A DNA stretch of 32,000 bases from Methanococcus maripaludis (GCF_002945325.1 NZ_CP026606.1:30001-62000); one strand, 5' to 3'. Counted from the first letter of the stretch, positions 8,158 through 18,997 are shown. Program-made: numbers and translations. The notes: a model not told the origin generated them from the sequence alone.

Positions 8158-8553
8158 ATGGCAGGAACAAAACCTTCCGAATTGGGAGCTCTTAAAGTAG
8201 GACAGTACGTTGTTATTGACGGTATTGCATGCAGAGTTATGGACACAGCACACTCAAAACCTGGAAAACACGGTGGTGCAAAAGTAAGATTAACTGCAAT
8301 GGGTATCTTTGAACCAGTTAAAAAAGAACACGTAGGACCAGCAAGCTCAAGAATCGATGTACCACTCATCGACAAAAGAAAAGGACAAGTTTTAGCTCTT
8401 ATGGGCGACCACGTTCAAATCATGGACTTGGAAACCTACGAAACATTAGAATTACCAATGCCTACTGATGTTGAAGGTATCGACAGCGGTGTAGAAGTAG
8501 AATACTTTGAAGCAATGGACAGATACAAAATCACAAGAGTTATCAGCAAATAA
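8158..8553 (+). CDS. eif5a: translation initiation factor 5A (aIF5A, hypusine-containing)
   Basis: Hypusination loop HSKPGKHGGAKVRL. N-terminal SH3-like domain plus C-terminal OB domain at typical length (131 aa). RBS GGTGAT-ATT-ATG. Confidence 0.95.
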   Translation: MAGTKPSELGALKVGQYVVIDGIACRVMDTAHSKPGKHGGAKVRLTAMGIFEPVKKEHVGPASSRIDVPLIDKRKGQVLALMGDHVQIMDLETYETLELPMPTDVEGIDSGVEVEYFEAMDRYKITRVISK

Positions 8554-8645
8554 TTTGTCTGATTATAACTTTTTTTAAATATTAATGCTTTTTTAAAACA
8601 GTTATTTTTAAAATTAAAAATTAAAAGATTATTTAAAATTTCAAT

Positions 8646-9566
8646 TTACATAAACAACATCATATAAATTATTAAAAAAAGTAAAACTGAATAATCAACT
8701 GCTTTTAACGAATTTAGCGCTTTTTCAACAGTAATTTCTCCTTTTCCAAGTTTATAATATCCAATTTTTTCAAGTTCCATATGTAATGAATTTGCAAGCG
8801 TTGCCATTGTGTATCCCGAATTTGGTGAAGGGGTTTTGCTTCCTTCATTAAAATATCCTAAAAGTGCAGATTTTACATTTCCGCCGTAAAATGGCGCAGA
8901 TATAATTAAAAGCATTCCTGCAATTCTTGAGGGAATAAAATTTAAAATATCATCCAAATATGCGGCAGTTTTTCCATAATATAGATATTTTTCCGATTTG
9001 TAACCTATCATTGCATCAAACGTGTTAACCGCTCGATATAAAAAAGCTCCAGGAAGTCCAAAAATTGCCGCATAAATTAGCGGTGCAATAATACTGTCCG
9101 TAATGTTTTCTGACGCACTTTCAATTGAGGCTGACAAAATATGTTTTTTATCTAGTTCACTTGTATTCCTACTTACAATACACTGGACAGACTTTTTCGC
9201 GCTTTCAAGGTCGTTATTCACGATAAATTTTATCGGGGATTTTGAAAATTCAATCAATGATTTGTGCCCAATTGAAAACGAAAGGATTATTGAATAAAGA
9301 GATATTTTAATGTAGGAATTTGAAATCGAGTTTATAACCTGTTCTATTTCATAAGCCATGAAAAATACAATTCCTAAAACTAAAGCTACATTTAAAAAGC
9401 CAAAAATCAGATCTCTACTTTTATTTACTGAATTGGATGATTTGAAGACATTTTCAAAAAAGCTGATTAATTTTCCGATGAATACAACAGGGTGGACTTT
9501 TTCAGGCGGTTCTCCGATGTACCTGTCAAAAAAATCTGCTAAAATTAAATAAATTGGGTTTATCAT
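8646..9566 (-). CDS. cbiB: adenosylcobinamide-phosphate synthase (CobD/CbiB family membrane protein)
   Basis: DRYIGEPPEKVHPVVFIGKLI N-terminal signature of CbiB and a polytopic membrane profile. Start re-called to ATG 9566 (aAGGTcagaacaATG, 10 nt after the upstream stop). The ORF track uses TTG 9590, which would overlap the upstream gene by 14 nt. Confidence 0.85.
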   Translation of the reverse strand: MINPIYLILADFFDRYIGEPPEKVHPVVFIGKLISFFENVFKSSNSVNKSRDLIFGFLNVALVLGIVFFMAYEIEQVINSISNSYIKISLYSIILSFSIGHKSLIEFSKSPIKFIVNNDLESAKKSVQCIVSRNTSELDKKHILSASIESASENITDSIIAPLIYAAIFGLPGAFLYRAVNTFDAMIGYKSEKYLYYGKTAAYLDDILNFIPSRIAGMLLIISAPFYGGNVKSALLGYFNEGSKTPSPNSGYTMATLANSLHMELEKIGYYKLGKGEITVEKALNSLKAVDYSVLLFLIIYMMLFM

Positions 9567-9576
9567 TGTTCTGACC

Positions 9577-11007
9577 TTAAAGTTTTCCAAGAGCGTTTAA
9601 GAAGTTTTTAGTTTTATCTTTTTTGATTTTACTGTACTTTTCGAACTTTTTAATATCTATTTTATCTTTTAGTAATTCTTTAACATCATTTATTGCAGCC
9701 ATTAATTTTAATATCTCTTCAATTTCCGTTTTTTCAAATTCAAAAGATTCTACAACATCCCAGTCATAAAGTAGGTAGATTGAAACACCGCCCAGATTTT
9801 TTATTGGTATGTCGTATTTTGGAAGTTCTTTTTCAAGTAAAAATTTCAAATCAAGTATTTTTTTTGGTTCGATATTTTCTACAACTAGCCAGTTTAAATG
9901 TGCAGGGGAGGGCGTAACAAGTATTGATGGGAACTGGTTTGATCTGGTTCTTTCATCGGCCGATTTTTTTAAATAATACATTAATAAGTCCTTTGAAAGG
10001 ATTTTTAAAGGAATATCTAATGAAATATTTTCAAGGATTTCATCTTCCATTTCAAGCGATTCTTTAAGTTTTTTCAGGGGTTTTCCATTTTTATAAAGCC
10101 CCCTATCTTCTAAATCATTCTTTAGGTTCATTTTTCGAAGTTTAATTTCTTCCATTGCACGTACATCGATTACTCCGCTTTCACAATCATTTCCTTTAAA
10201 ATCACTGCATATCATTCGGTATTTTTTAACAATACATCTTTCTTCATCTGAAAGTGTTTCTTTTAGCTTTTCATCAATTTTTTCAATAATTTCGTCAGAA
10301 CATGCACTTAAATAAGCTAATGAAAGTATTTTTTTAACGTACTGGTCGTTTAAAAGTTTATTTTTTGAATAATTTTTTTTAATCGAAGTGATTATTGCAT
10401 CGCCAAAGGTTTTTTTAATGTATCTTTCGTAATCTTCTTCTTCAATTTTTATTCTTTTAAATTTTCTTTTCCCGTTTTCCAAAATAACTAGTGAAAGCGT
10501 AATTGAACTTAAAATACCTTTTCCTTCAGTTTCAAATACGCTTAATATCCTTTTGTAGGATTTTATAAAAAAAGGAGGAATTTTAGAAAGTAATTCTTTG
10601 TATGATCCATCATAGGATAAATGTGCGAGTATTTTTTTGTTTCCCATATCTTCTTGAATATTTCCAATAGCAATTTTGTGAGAAACTATTGCGTATTTTA
10701 CTCTTTCAAGTGCGCCTTTTTTTTCATCGACCATTCTTCTTAGGTATGACGAATAATTAATTATTTCGTAAATATCATCGTCTTCCCCACCTTTCAACCG
10801 GCCAACACCGATGTAGGGTGTATCAAATCCCTGAAGTTCCATTTTTTCTCTAAAATTTTCCAAAATTTTTAAATTATTTTCGAGAGTTTCAGATATGGCG
10901 TTTACACTATCTTCTTTTTTGGGGTCAAAATCTTTTAATTTTTTCCCAAAATTTGATAAACAATCTAAAAAATCATTGCATTCTTTAATCAAGACACTGC
11001 TATCCAT
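9577..11007 (-). CDS. hypothetical protein (476 aa), Lys/Glu-rich, no recognisable catalytic motif
   Basis: Long uninterrupted ORF with GGGAG RBS. It starts 12 nt after the cca stop and ends 10 nt before the cbiB start, so it is likely co-transcribed. Confidence 0.7.
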   Translation of the reverse strand: MDSSVLIKECNDFLDCLSNFGKKLKDFDPKKEDSVNAISETLENNLKILENFREKMELQGFDTPYIGVGRLKGGEDDDIYEIINYSSYLRRMVDEKKGALERVKYAIVSHKIAIGNIQEDMGNKKILAHLSYDGSYKELLSKIPPFFIKSYKRILSVFETEGKGILSSITLSLVILENGKRKFKRIKIEEEDYERYIKKTFGDAIITSIKKNYSKNKLLNDQYVKKILSLAYLSACSDEIIEKIDEKLKETLSDEERCIVKKYRMICSDFKGNDCESGVIDVRAMEEIKLRKMNLKNDLEDRGLYKNGKPLKKLKESLEMEDEILENISLDIPLKILSKDLLMYYLKKSADERTRSNQFPSILVTPSPAHLNWLVVENIEPKKILDLKFLLEKELPKYDIPIKNLGGVSIYLLYDWDVVESFEFEKTEIEEILKLMAAINDVKELLKDKIDIKKFEKYSKIKKDKTKNFLNALGKL

Positions 11008-11019
11008 ATTCTCCCGAAA

Positions 11020-12363
11020 TTATTTCCTTTCTATAAAAGTACCTAACCGTATTTTCGCATTTTCTGGACATACGTACTTAGGATAGGTTATAATGTTCTT
11101 TAATTTCCCATTAACAATATCTTCGAATAGTATTTGTATGTTTTTATATTTTCTGGTTTTGTATGCGCAAACATTGCATTCTTTAACAAAATAATGTTCG
11201 TTATGCGTTATAAAATTTAATACTCCTTGTTCACTGTATACTGGAGGCCCAATTCTTAATTTTACATCTGGAAGCTCATGAATTAAAAATTCCCAAGATA
11301 AATAACAGGTATCATCATCTGCAAAATTTTGGTACCTTAAATATTCAAAATCATGTTCTTTGACTAATTTATTAATACTTTTTTGTATTTTTTCCATTTG
11401 TGGGTAGATTACATCTTCAACAACATTTTCAGGTCTTGAAATTTCCAATGTTATTAAATAACCCCTTTTTCGCTGGTTTAACAAATCAGTAGTTTTTTTA
11501 TAAAACCCGTAGAAAAATTCTTTTGAAGGTTTTTTCAAAAACATTTTTGAATAAAATATAAATTTACATAAGTTTTCTTCATTCAATGCTGCGGCAACGT
11601 TTCTATTTAGATCAACAGGGTCGTAAACTACCAGAGAATCATTAAATTTTAAAAAATCATGATCTTTTTTTAAATCATACATTTCGTAAATTTCATTTAA
11701 AACTATTGAATGTTTTGGTTTCCACGTTTGTACGGCAGATAAAAGGTTTAAAAATCCCCCGTATTTCAATATTAAAAGTTCGCAGAGATATCCTGAAAAT
11801 CCCGCAGTTTTTAGGTCTGATCCATATATTCCAAGACCTTTTAAAAATTTTTTCAAAAGACGGATATCATTTGATAAATCATTATTTTCGTATGCATTCA
11901 ACAAAAATTCGTTATGAAGTGGAGTCCTGTCAACGGCAGAAATTATTTTTTCGCAATTTTCAATATCATAGCAAGGAACGATATCTAAATTAAATTTTCC
12001 AATTTCTCCAGAAACATACGGGTGTTCTGCATATTCTATCCATGATTTTCCATTAAAATAATTAATTACATCTTTTCCAAGTTTCAGGCCCAATTCTTTT
12101 AGCATATCTCTATCGGTTTCTTTTTCAAACCTTAAAAATATGTCAATGTCGTGATCATTTTTTAAATTTGCATCTCTTGCAGTTGATCCAACTTGAATTA
12201 TATCTAAGACAGGATATTTTGAAATATCTTTGATTTTAGAGATTATTTTATCCGAAAATATTTTTAATTCTTCTTTTTCCGAGTCTGTTGGACAGATATC
12301 CTTTAAAACATCGTTTAAAATATCAATATAATCATCAGCATTTAATTTTTTCAAAATATCCAC
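11020..12363 (-). CDS. cca: CCA-adding enzyme (archaeal class I tRNA nucleotidyltransferase)
   Basis: Pol-beta-type NTase motif GSTARDANLKNDHDIDIFL. Archaeal Cca length (~445 aa) and conserved RTPLHNEF segment. GTG 12363 vs TTG 12354 start is unresolved. Confidence 0.92.
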   Translation of the reverse strand: MDILKKLNADDYIDILNDVLKDICPTDSEKEELKIFSDKIISKIKDISKYPVLDIIQVGSTARDANLKNDHDIDIFLRFEKETDRDMLKELGLKLGKDVINYFNGKSWIEYAEHPYVSGEIGKFNLDIVPCYDIENCEKIISAVDRTPLHNEFLLNAYENNDLSNDIRLLKKFLKGLGIYGSDLKTAGFSGYLCELLILKYGGFLNLLSAVQTWKPKHSIVLNEIYEMYDLKKDHDFLKFNDSLVVYDPVDLNRNVAAALNEENLCKFIFYSKMFLKKPSKEFFYGFYKKTTDLLNQRKRGYLITLEISRPENVVEDVIYPQMEKIQKSINKLVKEHDFEYLRYQNFADDDTCYLSWEFLIHELPDVKLRIGPPVYSEQGVLNFITHNEHYFVKECNVCAYKTRKYKNIQILFEDIVNGKLKNIITYPKYVCPENAKIRLGTFIERK

Positions 12364-12411
12364 CTGAAAATAAAATTTAAAAAATAACTATGTAATATAT
12401 TTAAAAACAGA

Positions 12412-12768
12412 TTAAACCGTGTTTTTTACGTTTTCGTGTTTACATTGAACATCAATCGAATTTTTGACCTTCTTTAAATTTTGATATTTCTCAGATTGCA
12501 TGTTTATGTATTTAAAAGCGTTTTCAGACAATCTTTTTGAAAGATTTTCTGGGATTGAATCGTCTCTTTGAGATAACCCTTCTGCAAGGCATGCAGCAAG
12601 TAAGAAAATAGCGGCTCTTTGTTCTGTTTTGAGTTTGTGGATATGATGGGGCTTTACATCTAGTTCTTCGTAAGTTTTCAAATAAACACAGTCTGTGCCC
12701 TCTGGGATCATTTCTTTGAAAACGTGCACGAAAAATTGGTGGAGTTCCATTAGTTGTTCTTTGTGCAT
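12412..12768 (-). CDS. conserved small archaeal protein of unknown function (possibly UPF0058 family)
   Basis: 118-aa ORF with strong RBS (GGGGGAACCA-ATG). The N-terminus MHKEQLMELHQFFVHV resembles, from memory only, Methanocaldococcus UPF0058 proteins. Confidence 0.65.
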   Translation of the reverse strand: MHKEQLMELHQFFVHVFKEMIPEGTDCVYLKTYEELDVKPHHIHKLKTEQRAAIFLLAACLAEGLSQRDDSIPENLSKRLSENAFKYINMQSEKYQNLKKVKNSIDVQCKHENVKNTV

Positions 12769-13049
12769 TGGTTCCCCCTTTTAAATTTATTATGGGTTTA
12801 AGTTAAATCATCATATTATATATAGTTTTCAGAATTTTGGTTCTATTTCCAATTTAAAAATTTAATTAAAAAAGAATAACGATAGCTAATCACAGAAATT
12901 ATTACCTAAAATATATATTATGTTCTTATACCTGTAAATATAATCCTTTTTGTAGCAAACATATTTATGCAAAAAAACGTACCTAAATTTAAGATTAATT
13001 GATATTATTTGGTTTAATTTTTTAATTTTCATAATTCATGGGTGATATT

Positions 13050-13916
13050 TTGATTTTACTTGCACTGCCAAACAAGGGGAGAATTTCAAAACCTGTAAAC
13101 GAAATTTTGGAGAAATCAGGTTTAAAAATAAGTGTACATGGAAGAAGCCTTTTTGCAAATACTGTTGATCCAGAAATAAAAGTAATGTTTGCAAGGGCGA
13201 AAGATATTCCTGAATTTGTGCGAGATGGTGTTGCTGACGTTGGAGTTACTGGATATGACTTAATGCTTGAGCGGGATACCGAAGAAGAACTTGAAATGCT
13301 TTTGGATTTTAAATTTGGAAATGCAAGGCTCGTACTTGCAGCTCCTGAAAATTCAGATGTAAACTCAATTGAGGATGTAAAAGACGGAATGAAAATCGCA
13401 ACAGAGTTTCCAGGCCTTACGAAAAGGTATTTAGAAAAAAAGGGGCTTAATTTAGAAATTATTGAATTAAGTGGTGCAACTGAAATCGCTCCTTTTATCG
13501 GCGTTTCTGACCTTATTTGTGATTTAACATCAACAGGGACAACGCTTCAATTAAACAGGTTAAAAGAAATAGAAAACGTTGTTTCATCAACAACAAGACT
13601 CGTTGCAAACAAAAAAAGTATGAAAGACCCAGAAAAAAGTGCAAAAATAAATCAGGTTCTTTCAGGAATTAAGAGTGTAATGTATGCACAGAGTAAAAGG
13701 CTGATAATGATGAACGCCCCAAAAGACAAGGTTTCAGAAATTACTTCAGTAATTCCAGGAATGGGCGGTCCAACAGTATCAGAAATTCTTTCAAACTGTG
13801 ATATGCTTGCAATTAATGCAGTAATCGATGAAAATAAGGTATTTGAAACAGTTAGCAACCTCGAAAAGCTCGGGGCAAGGGATATTCTGGTTGTTCCAAT
13901 AGAAAGAATACTTTAA
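13050..13916 (+). CDS. hisG: ATP phosphoribosyltransferase (long form with C-terminal regulatory domain)
   Basis: [18 protein letters not shown]-terminus, PRPP loop DLTSTGTTL, and a C-terminal HisG_C-like domain. Start re-called to TTG 13050 (GGTGAT-ATT-TTG); the ORF track uses ATG 13038, which lies upstream of that RBS. Confidence 0.92.
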   Translation: MILLALPNKGRISKPVNEILEKSGLKISVHGRSLFANTVDPEIKVMFARAKDIPEFVRDGVADVGVTGYDLMLERDTEEELEMLLDFKFGNARLVLAAPENSDVNSIEDVKDGMKIATEFPGLTKRYLEKKGLNLEIIELSGATEIAPFIGVSDLICDLTSTGTTLQLNRLKEIENVVSSTTRLVANKKSMKDPEKSAKINQVLSGIKSVMYAQSKRLIMMNAPKDKVSEITSVIPGMGGPTVSEILSNCDMLAINAVIDENKVFETVSNLEKLGARDILVVPIERIL

Positions 13917-14098
13917 AAATTTGATTTTGACTCTTTATTTTTTAGATTGGATAAATATCTCTTAAAAAATCTTTTTATAGTTAAATTTAAAAAGAAAGTA
14001 AAGTATATTTATCTAGGTTTGAAATGAAGTTTATTCTTAAAATCTCGGCATGTTAGATCATGTTAATATAATTTATTTTTATTATTTGGGTGAATAAA

Positions 14099-15508
14099 AT
14101 GAGCGAAGATCTATCAATGAAATGCGGTCTTGAAATTCACGTGCAGGTAGATACAAATTCTAAACTATTCTGCCAGTGCCCTACAAATTATAAGGACGTT
14201 GAACCAAACACGAACATCTGTCCGGTATGTATTGGACACCCTGGTGCAAAACCCATGCCTCCAAACAAAAAGGCAATAGATGTTGCAATAATGGTTGCAA
14301 AAATGTTGGATTGTGAAATGGTTATCGATAAAGACATCTATTTCCAGAGAAAACATTACAACTACCCGGATTTACCAAGCGGGTACCAAAAAACATCTGT
14401 TCCGATTGGAGAACACGGAACATTTTTAGGTGTTGGAATTACTGAAGTTCACCTCGAAGAAGATCCTGGACAGTATAAGCCAGATCTTGGAACTGTTGAC
14501 TACAACAGGAGCGGAACTCCATTAATTGAAATCGTAACTGACCCTGATATGAAAAGCCCTGAAGAAGCGAGAGAATTTTTAAGGCAGTTAATGAGATTAT
14601 TCAGGTACATCGGCCACTTAAGGGGCGAAGGTACTATGAGAGCTGACACCAACATATCTATTAAATACAACGGAATTCAGGGAAATCGGGTCGAAGTTAA
14701 AAACGTAAATTCTATAAGGGGCGTTTACAAAGTTTTAAAATACGAGTTGATAAGACAGAAAAACGTTCTTCGAAGGGGCGGAGAAATTAAAATGGAAACA
14801 AGGGCTTTCATGGAAAGTCAAATGATTACAAAAGGAATGAGAAGTAAAGAAACTGCGGACGATTACAGGTACATTCCAGATCCTGATTTACAGCCTATTG
14901 TTTTAAACAACAACTGGGTTGAAAAAGTTGAAGCCCAGATGCCAGAAACTCCAATGAACAAGGAAAAAAGGTTTGTTGAGCAGTACGGAATAAAAGAAGA
15001 CGATGCAAAAGTTTTAGTTTCGGATTTAGAACTTGCAGATGTTTTCGAAAAAGTCGTAGCAGAACTTGGAAACGACAAGAATGGAATTTCGCTCGCAGTT
15101 ACATGGATTAGGAATGAATTGAAGAGAGTTTTAGTTTACAACAAAATAGAATTCTTTGAAACGAATTTAAAACCAGAACACATGGTTGAATTAATTAATT
15201 CGATTAAAGATAAAACAATCAGCCAGAAAATCGGTAAAACTATCATTGAACAGATGGTTGAACATAAAGGAGAAAAAACTCCAAAAGAATTAATTACAGA
15301 AATGGGTTTAACTGTTATTGAAGACACAAGCGAACTTGAAAAAGCCTGTGAAGAAGCTATTAAAAACAGTGAAAAAGCAGTTGAAGACTATAAATCTGGA
15401 AATCAACGAGCATTAAACTCTGTTGTTGGTCAGGTTATGAAATTAACCCGCGGAAGAGCAGAACCTGGAACTGTTGTTGAAATACTTAAGAAAAAAATTG
15501 ATGGATAA
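14099..15508 (+). CDS. gatB: aspartyl/glutamyl-tRNA(Asn/Gln) amidotransferase subunit B
   Basis: CGLEIHVQVDTNSKLFCQC, PVCIGHPGAKP, EVHLEEDPG, and a C-terminal YqeY-like tail GNQRALNSVVGQVMKLTRGRA. Start at ATG 14099 (GGTGAA-TAAA-ATG). Confidence 0.95.
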   Translation: MSEDLSMKCGLEIHVQVDTNSKLFCQCPTNYKDVEPNTNICPVCIGHPGAKPMPPNKKAIDVAIMVAKMLDCEMVIDKDIYFQRKHYNYPDLPSGYQKTSVPIGEHGTFLGVGITEVHLEEDPGQYKPDLGTVDYNRSGTPLIEIVTDPDMKSPEEAREFLRQLMRLFRYIGHLRGEGTMRADTNISIKYNGIQGNRVEVKNVNSIRGVYKVLKYELIRQKNVLRRGGEIKMETRAFMESQMITKGMRSKETADDYRYIPDPDLQPIVLNNNWVEKVEAQMPETPMNKEKRFVEQYGIKEDDAKVLVSDLELADVFEKVVAELGNDKNGISLAVTWIRNELKRVLVYNKIEFFETNLKPEHMVELINSIKDKTISQKIGKTIIEQMVEHKGEKTPKELITEMGLTVIEDTSELEKACEEAIKNSEKAVEDYKSGNQRALNSVVGQVMKLTRGRAEPGTVVEILKKKIDG

Positions 15509-15509
15509 C

Positions 15510-15531
15510 TTTTTTATTTTTCTATTTTTTT
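15510..15531 (+). terminator. archaeal oligo-T terminator region between convergent gatB and GAPOR
   Basis: T6, T5 and T7 runs start 2 nt after the gatB TAA. A-runs further right serve the minus-strand gene. Confidence 0.4.
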
Positions 15532-15581
15532 AAGTTTTAAAAATTTAAAAAGTACTAAAAATTAAAGAATTCGGAAAAAAT

Positions 15582-17423
15582 TTATTCTTTTAATTTCCAG
15601 TCAATTTCTAACAATTCACTGTATTTTTCAAGAACTCTTTTTATATATTCATTGAAATTTCCGTTTTCAAATTCTTTTGACCATTTTTCATTTTCAAATT
15701 CAAAAGCACCTGCAATTATTAATTCTTTTACTCTTTCACTTTCCATTTCTGGACAACCGATATTTGAATCGTATTTTGCAATTTTTTTGAATAATTCCAT
15801 AGATTCTTCATTTAAATTAACGTCACTGACTTCTTTTACAAGTTTGTCAATTATTGGGGTTATCCATTTTCTATGGAATCTACATATTCCAAGATTTTCA
15901 AGTGTAATTTCTTCAATTGAATTTTTAACACTCAGTTCTGCAAGTTCTTCAGGTTCTAAAAAAACCCCGCACTGGTAGTGTGTTAAATATTTTCCCTGAA
16001 TTAAGTATGGCATGAAATTTCCAATTGCCCAGTACATTGTTGGTGAAATCTGGCCCTGTTCTCCAAAAGAATCATAAACTCCAAAGTCTTCGAATTTTTT
16101 ATCATTAACTCTGTCAGGATATTTTTCATCAAGTATTTTTCCAGCACGCCTAGTTCCAGATTTACAGATTTTTCCAAATTCGTTTGTTTGAAAAGCAATA
16201 ATTTCTGCAAGTTTTACGGCTTGCTGTGCATTATGCATTGAATTTTTTAATATGTCGTCATCTTCTTCGAAGTTTGAAATGTCAAATACTGGTTTTTCAA
16301 TTCCAACTTCTTCTGGTTTTAACATTCCGTTATTTAATAGTTCAAAAGTCCAAGAACACAAATTTCCAAATTCGATTGCATCAAACCCGAGTTTATCTAC
16401 TGTGTGGACCACTTTGTCTGCTGCATAAATATCAAAAACACCGATACATGGTCCGTTTGCTTCATAGGGCTCGTAATCTACATGAAGCCCTTTTCTGTAT
16501 TTTTTACAAACAACAGGACAGGGTTCTCCACAGTTGGTCCAGTTTTTAGTTTCAATTGCTTCTTTATCAAAACGGTTTACAAAATATTCAATTATTTTTT
16601 TGTGAAGTTTCATTCTTTTATTTTTATCAATAAACGGCATTCTCCAGTTAAAAACCGGTGTTAATTCCATTGTAACGTGGTAGTTATTCCCAAAGGTTCC
16701 GCCGGTTTTTTTCTCTTCACTGTACCTGTATTTTTCAGTATGTTCTAAAACGACTTTTGTATATGGTTTATTGTAGTGTTCTTCAACAATCTCTTTAAGA
16801 TTTTTTTCAGGGGTTTTTTTGCCAAAAAATACAACTCCCAAAACATTATGGGCTTGATATAAAACTGAACCGCCTCCCCCTCTTGCAGCCCAATCTTCGG
16901 AGCCTTCGACAATTTTTCCATTTCTTATGGTTTGCGAATAAATTCCACCCATATTTGTAGTTTTTGAAGCAGGTCCGACTAAAAATGCCCTGTAATTTTT
17001 TTCCTTAAATAAGTCGATTATTTTATCGTTAAATTCATAAATATCAGTTATTTCTTCTGTAAATGGCATAAATTCTATTTTTAATTTATCTTCTTCCCCA
17101 TTAAGTACAATTACAGTTGGAACTTCACATTTTCCAGTAATTGCAACGTTTTGAATTCCCGTATCTTTAAATGTATATCCAGCACCGCCCATTGCAGAGA
17201 AGTGAAATCCATCCCATAATGGAGATCTAAATGAAAAAATTAGCCGGTGACCTCCAATGATTGGTAAAACTCCTTTTCCAAAGCAGAAAATATTTTTTTC
17301 ATCAAATGCATCGTATTTCCATGTTTCCTGCATGTTGTGTAAATTAATTCCAAAAGAAATAGGAAATTCTGATCCTTCAATTTCTTCATAATTTTGTCTT
17401 GATCCGTCAATCAAAATGTTCAT
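15582..17423 (-). CDS. gor: aldehyde:ferredoxin oxidoreductase-family enzyme, GAPOR type (glyceraldehyde-3-phosphate:ferredoxin oxidoreductase)
   Basis: ~613 aa AOR-family architecture. Cys cluster NCGEPCPVVC plus distal LGICRF are candidate [4Fe-4S] ligands. The GAPOR assignment rests on family size and composition plus my recollection of the Methanococcus GAPOR locus near gatB. Start at ATG 17423 (GGTGTT-ATAT-ATG). Confidence 0.75.
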   Translation of the reverse strand: MNILIDGSRQNYEEIEGSEFPISFGINLHNMQETWKYDAFDEKNIFCFGKGVLPIIGGHRLIFSFRSPLWDGFHFSAMGGAGYTFKDTGIQNVAITGKCEVPTVIVLNGEEDKLKIEFMPFTEEITDIYEFNDKIIDLFKEKNYRAFLVGPASKTTNMGGIYSQTIRNGKIVEGSEDWAARGGGGSVLYQAHNVLGVVFFGKKTPEKNLKEIVEEHYNKPYTKVVLEHTEKYRYSEEKKTGGTFGNNYHVTMELTPVFNWRMPFIDKNKRMKLHKKIIEYFVNRFDKEAIETKNWTNCGEPCPVVCKKYRKGLHVDYEPYEANGPCIGVFDIYAADKVVHTVDKLGFDAIEFGNLCSWTFELLNNGMLKPEEVGIEKPVFDISNFEEDDDILKNSMHNAQQAVKLAEIIAFQTNEFGKICKSGTRRAGKILDEKYPDRVNDKKFEDFGVYDSFGEQGQISPTMYWAIGNFMPYLIQGKYLTHYQCGVFLEPEELAELSVKNSIEEITLENLGICRFHRKWITPIIDKLVKEVSDVNLNEESMELFKKIAKYDSNIGCPEMESERVKELIIAGAFEFENEKWSKEFENGNFNEYIKRVLEKYSELLEIDWKLKE

Positions 17424-17511
17424 ATATAACACCCTGACAAATTAATAAATAATTACAATTAATTGGGGTTTAATCCTATATTTGTTTTTATTTATTGATA
17501 ATGGGGATTTT

Positions 17512-18522
17512 ATGAAAGAAAATGAATATAGATTTTTAATGCGAATTTTTGTATTAATATCGTTTCTATCAGTTTTAATTATTGCCTTTCCATTTTTAGA
17601 TACTATCGCATTTGCATGCGCGTTTGCCTACATGACCGAGCCTTTTTTCAGCGCATTGAAAAAATATACTGGAAGAACACTTGGTGCAATACTCTGTATT
17701 TTAATGATAACAGTTCCTGCAATAATACTCGTATTTTTAATATTAACCGATATTTTTGAATTTTTAAACAGTTTGGACTATGCAGGTTTTGTTGATTATA
17801 CATTACAGTTTATAAATTATATAGGTTTACAAAATATCGCAAAAGAGGATTTATCTTCAATACTGTCAGAAATCTGGAATTTTTTAAAGCCGACACTTAA
17901 TAAAATGGCAGGCCAAATCTATGGAATCCCGCTATTATTGATAAAAGGATTAGTTACGGTATTTTTGACATATTATTTCTTAAAAGATGGATATAGATTT
18001 AAAGAAGCAGTAATGCCCCATGTTCCCGAAGTTTACCATGTTCAAACTGAACTGTTTATTCGAAAACTTCATGAAGCTTACAAAAATCTTTTTGTCGTAA
18101 ATGCACTAACTGCATTTACTGTTGGATTAATTTCAATTGCAGGTTTCTGGGCGATAGGCCTTCCAAATCCAGTTACGCTTGGAGCATTGAGTGGTATTTT
18201 AACATTGCTTCCAATTGTTGGAGGTTGGACCATATACATGCCATTATCCGTTTATTATATTGCAGTTGGAATGTATTCAAAAGCAATATTACTTTTTGGG
18301 TTTGGCGTACTTTTCTTATCCCTTGCACCCGATTTTGTAATACGGCCAAGGCTTGTAAACCATGAAAGCAGTATTCATCCCGCTTTTGCACTCGTTGCAT
18401 TTTTAATGGGCCCGCTTGCTTTAGGAATCACGGGTTTTGCATTAGGTCCTTTGATAATGGGCACATTTGATGCAATATTCAGGGTAAAAAATGGCAAAGA
18501 TAGTATTATAAACCTAAAATAG
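17512..18522 (+). CDS. AI-2E / PerM (UPF0118) family membrane transporter
   Basis: ~8 TM segments with the typical central loop YYFLKDGYRF and GALSGILTLLPIVGG motif. Start at ATG 17512 (GGGGAT-TTT-ATG). Confidence 0.85.
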   Translation: MKENEYRFLMRIFVLISFLSVLIIAFPFLDTIAFACAFAYMTEPFFSALKKYTGRTLGAILCILMITVPAIILVFLILTDIFEFLNSLDYAGFVDYTLQFINYIGLQNIAKEDLSSILSEIWNFLKPTLNKMAGQIYGIPLLLIKGLVTVFLTYYFLKDGYRFKEAVMPHVPEVYHVQTELFIRKLHEAYKNLFVVNALTAFTVGLISIAGFWAIGLPNPVTLGALSGILTLLPIVGGWTIYMPLSVYYIAVGMYSKAILLFGFGVLFLSLAPDFVIRPRLVNHESSIHPAFALVAFLMGPLALGITGFALGPLIMGTFDAIFRVKNGKDSIINLK

Positions 18523-18544
18523 CTAATAAATACAAAGTGATATA

Positions 18545-18997
18545 ATGGAAAAGAAAATAGCAGTAACTGCAGGTACGTTTGATTTACTACACCCTGGACA
18601 CTTTAACACGCTTAATTTTGCGAAAAAACACGCGGATGAACTTGTTGTAATTATTGCAAGGGATGAAACCGTAAAAAAAATTAAAGGTAGAAGTCCAGTA
18701 ATTCCAGAAAAACAGCGAAAAATAATGATAGAAGCATTAAAACCTGTTGACCGTGCAGTTTTGGGTAGCTTAACTAATAAACTTGAACCGATTTTAGAAA
18801 TCAGGCCTGATGTTATAGTTTTGGGTCCTGATCAAACCACATATCAGATTAATGAATTAAAAGCACAGCTTGCAGAACATTCACTATATCCTGAGATATT
18901 AAAAGTCGAAGATTATGTAAAATGCCCATTTCACAGTTCTTATGATATTTTGAAAGAAATTGTTAGAAGATGGTGCTGTAAGGAATTAAAAGTATAG
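18545..18997 (+). CDS. ribL: archaeal FAD synthetase (FMN adenylyltransferase, cytidylyltransferase-fold)
   Basis: Nucleotidyltransferase signature [23 protein letters not shown] at ~150 aa. C-terminal Cys pair RRWCC, as in the air-sensitive M. jannaschii RibL family. Confidence 0.85.
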   Translation: MEKKIAVTAGTFDLLHPGHFNTLNFAKKHADELVVIIARDETVKKIKGRSPVIPEKQRKIMIEALKPVDRAVLGSLTNKLEPILEIRPDVIVLGPDQTTYQINELKAQLAEHSLYPEILKVEDYVKCPFHSSYDILKEIVRRWCCKELKV

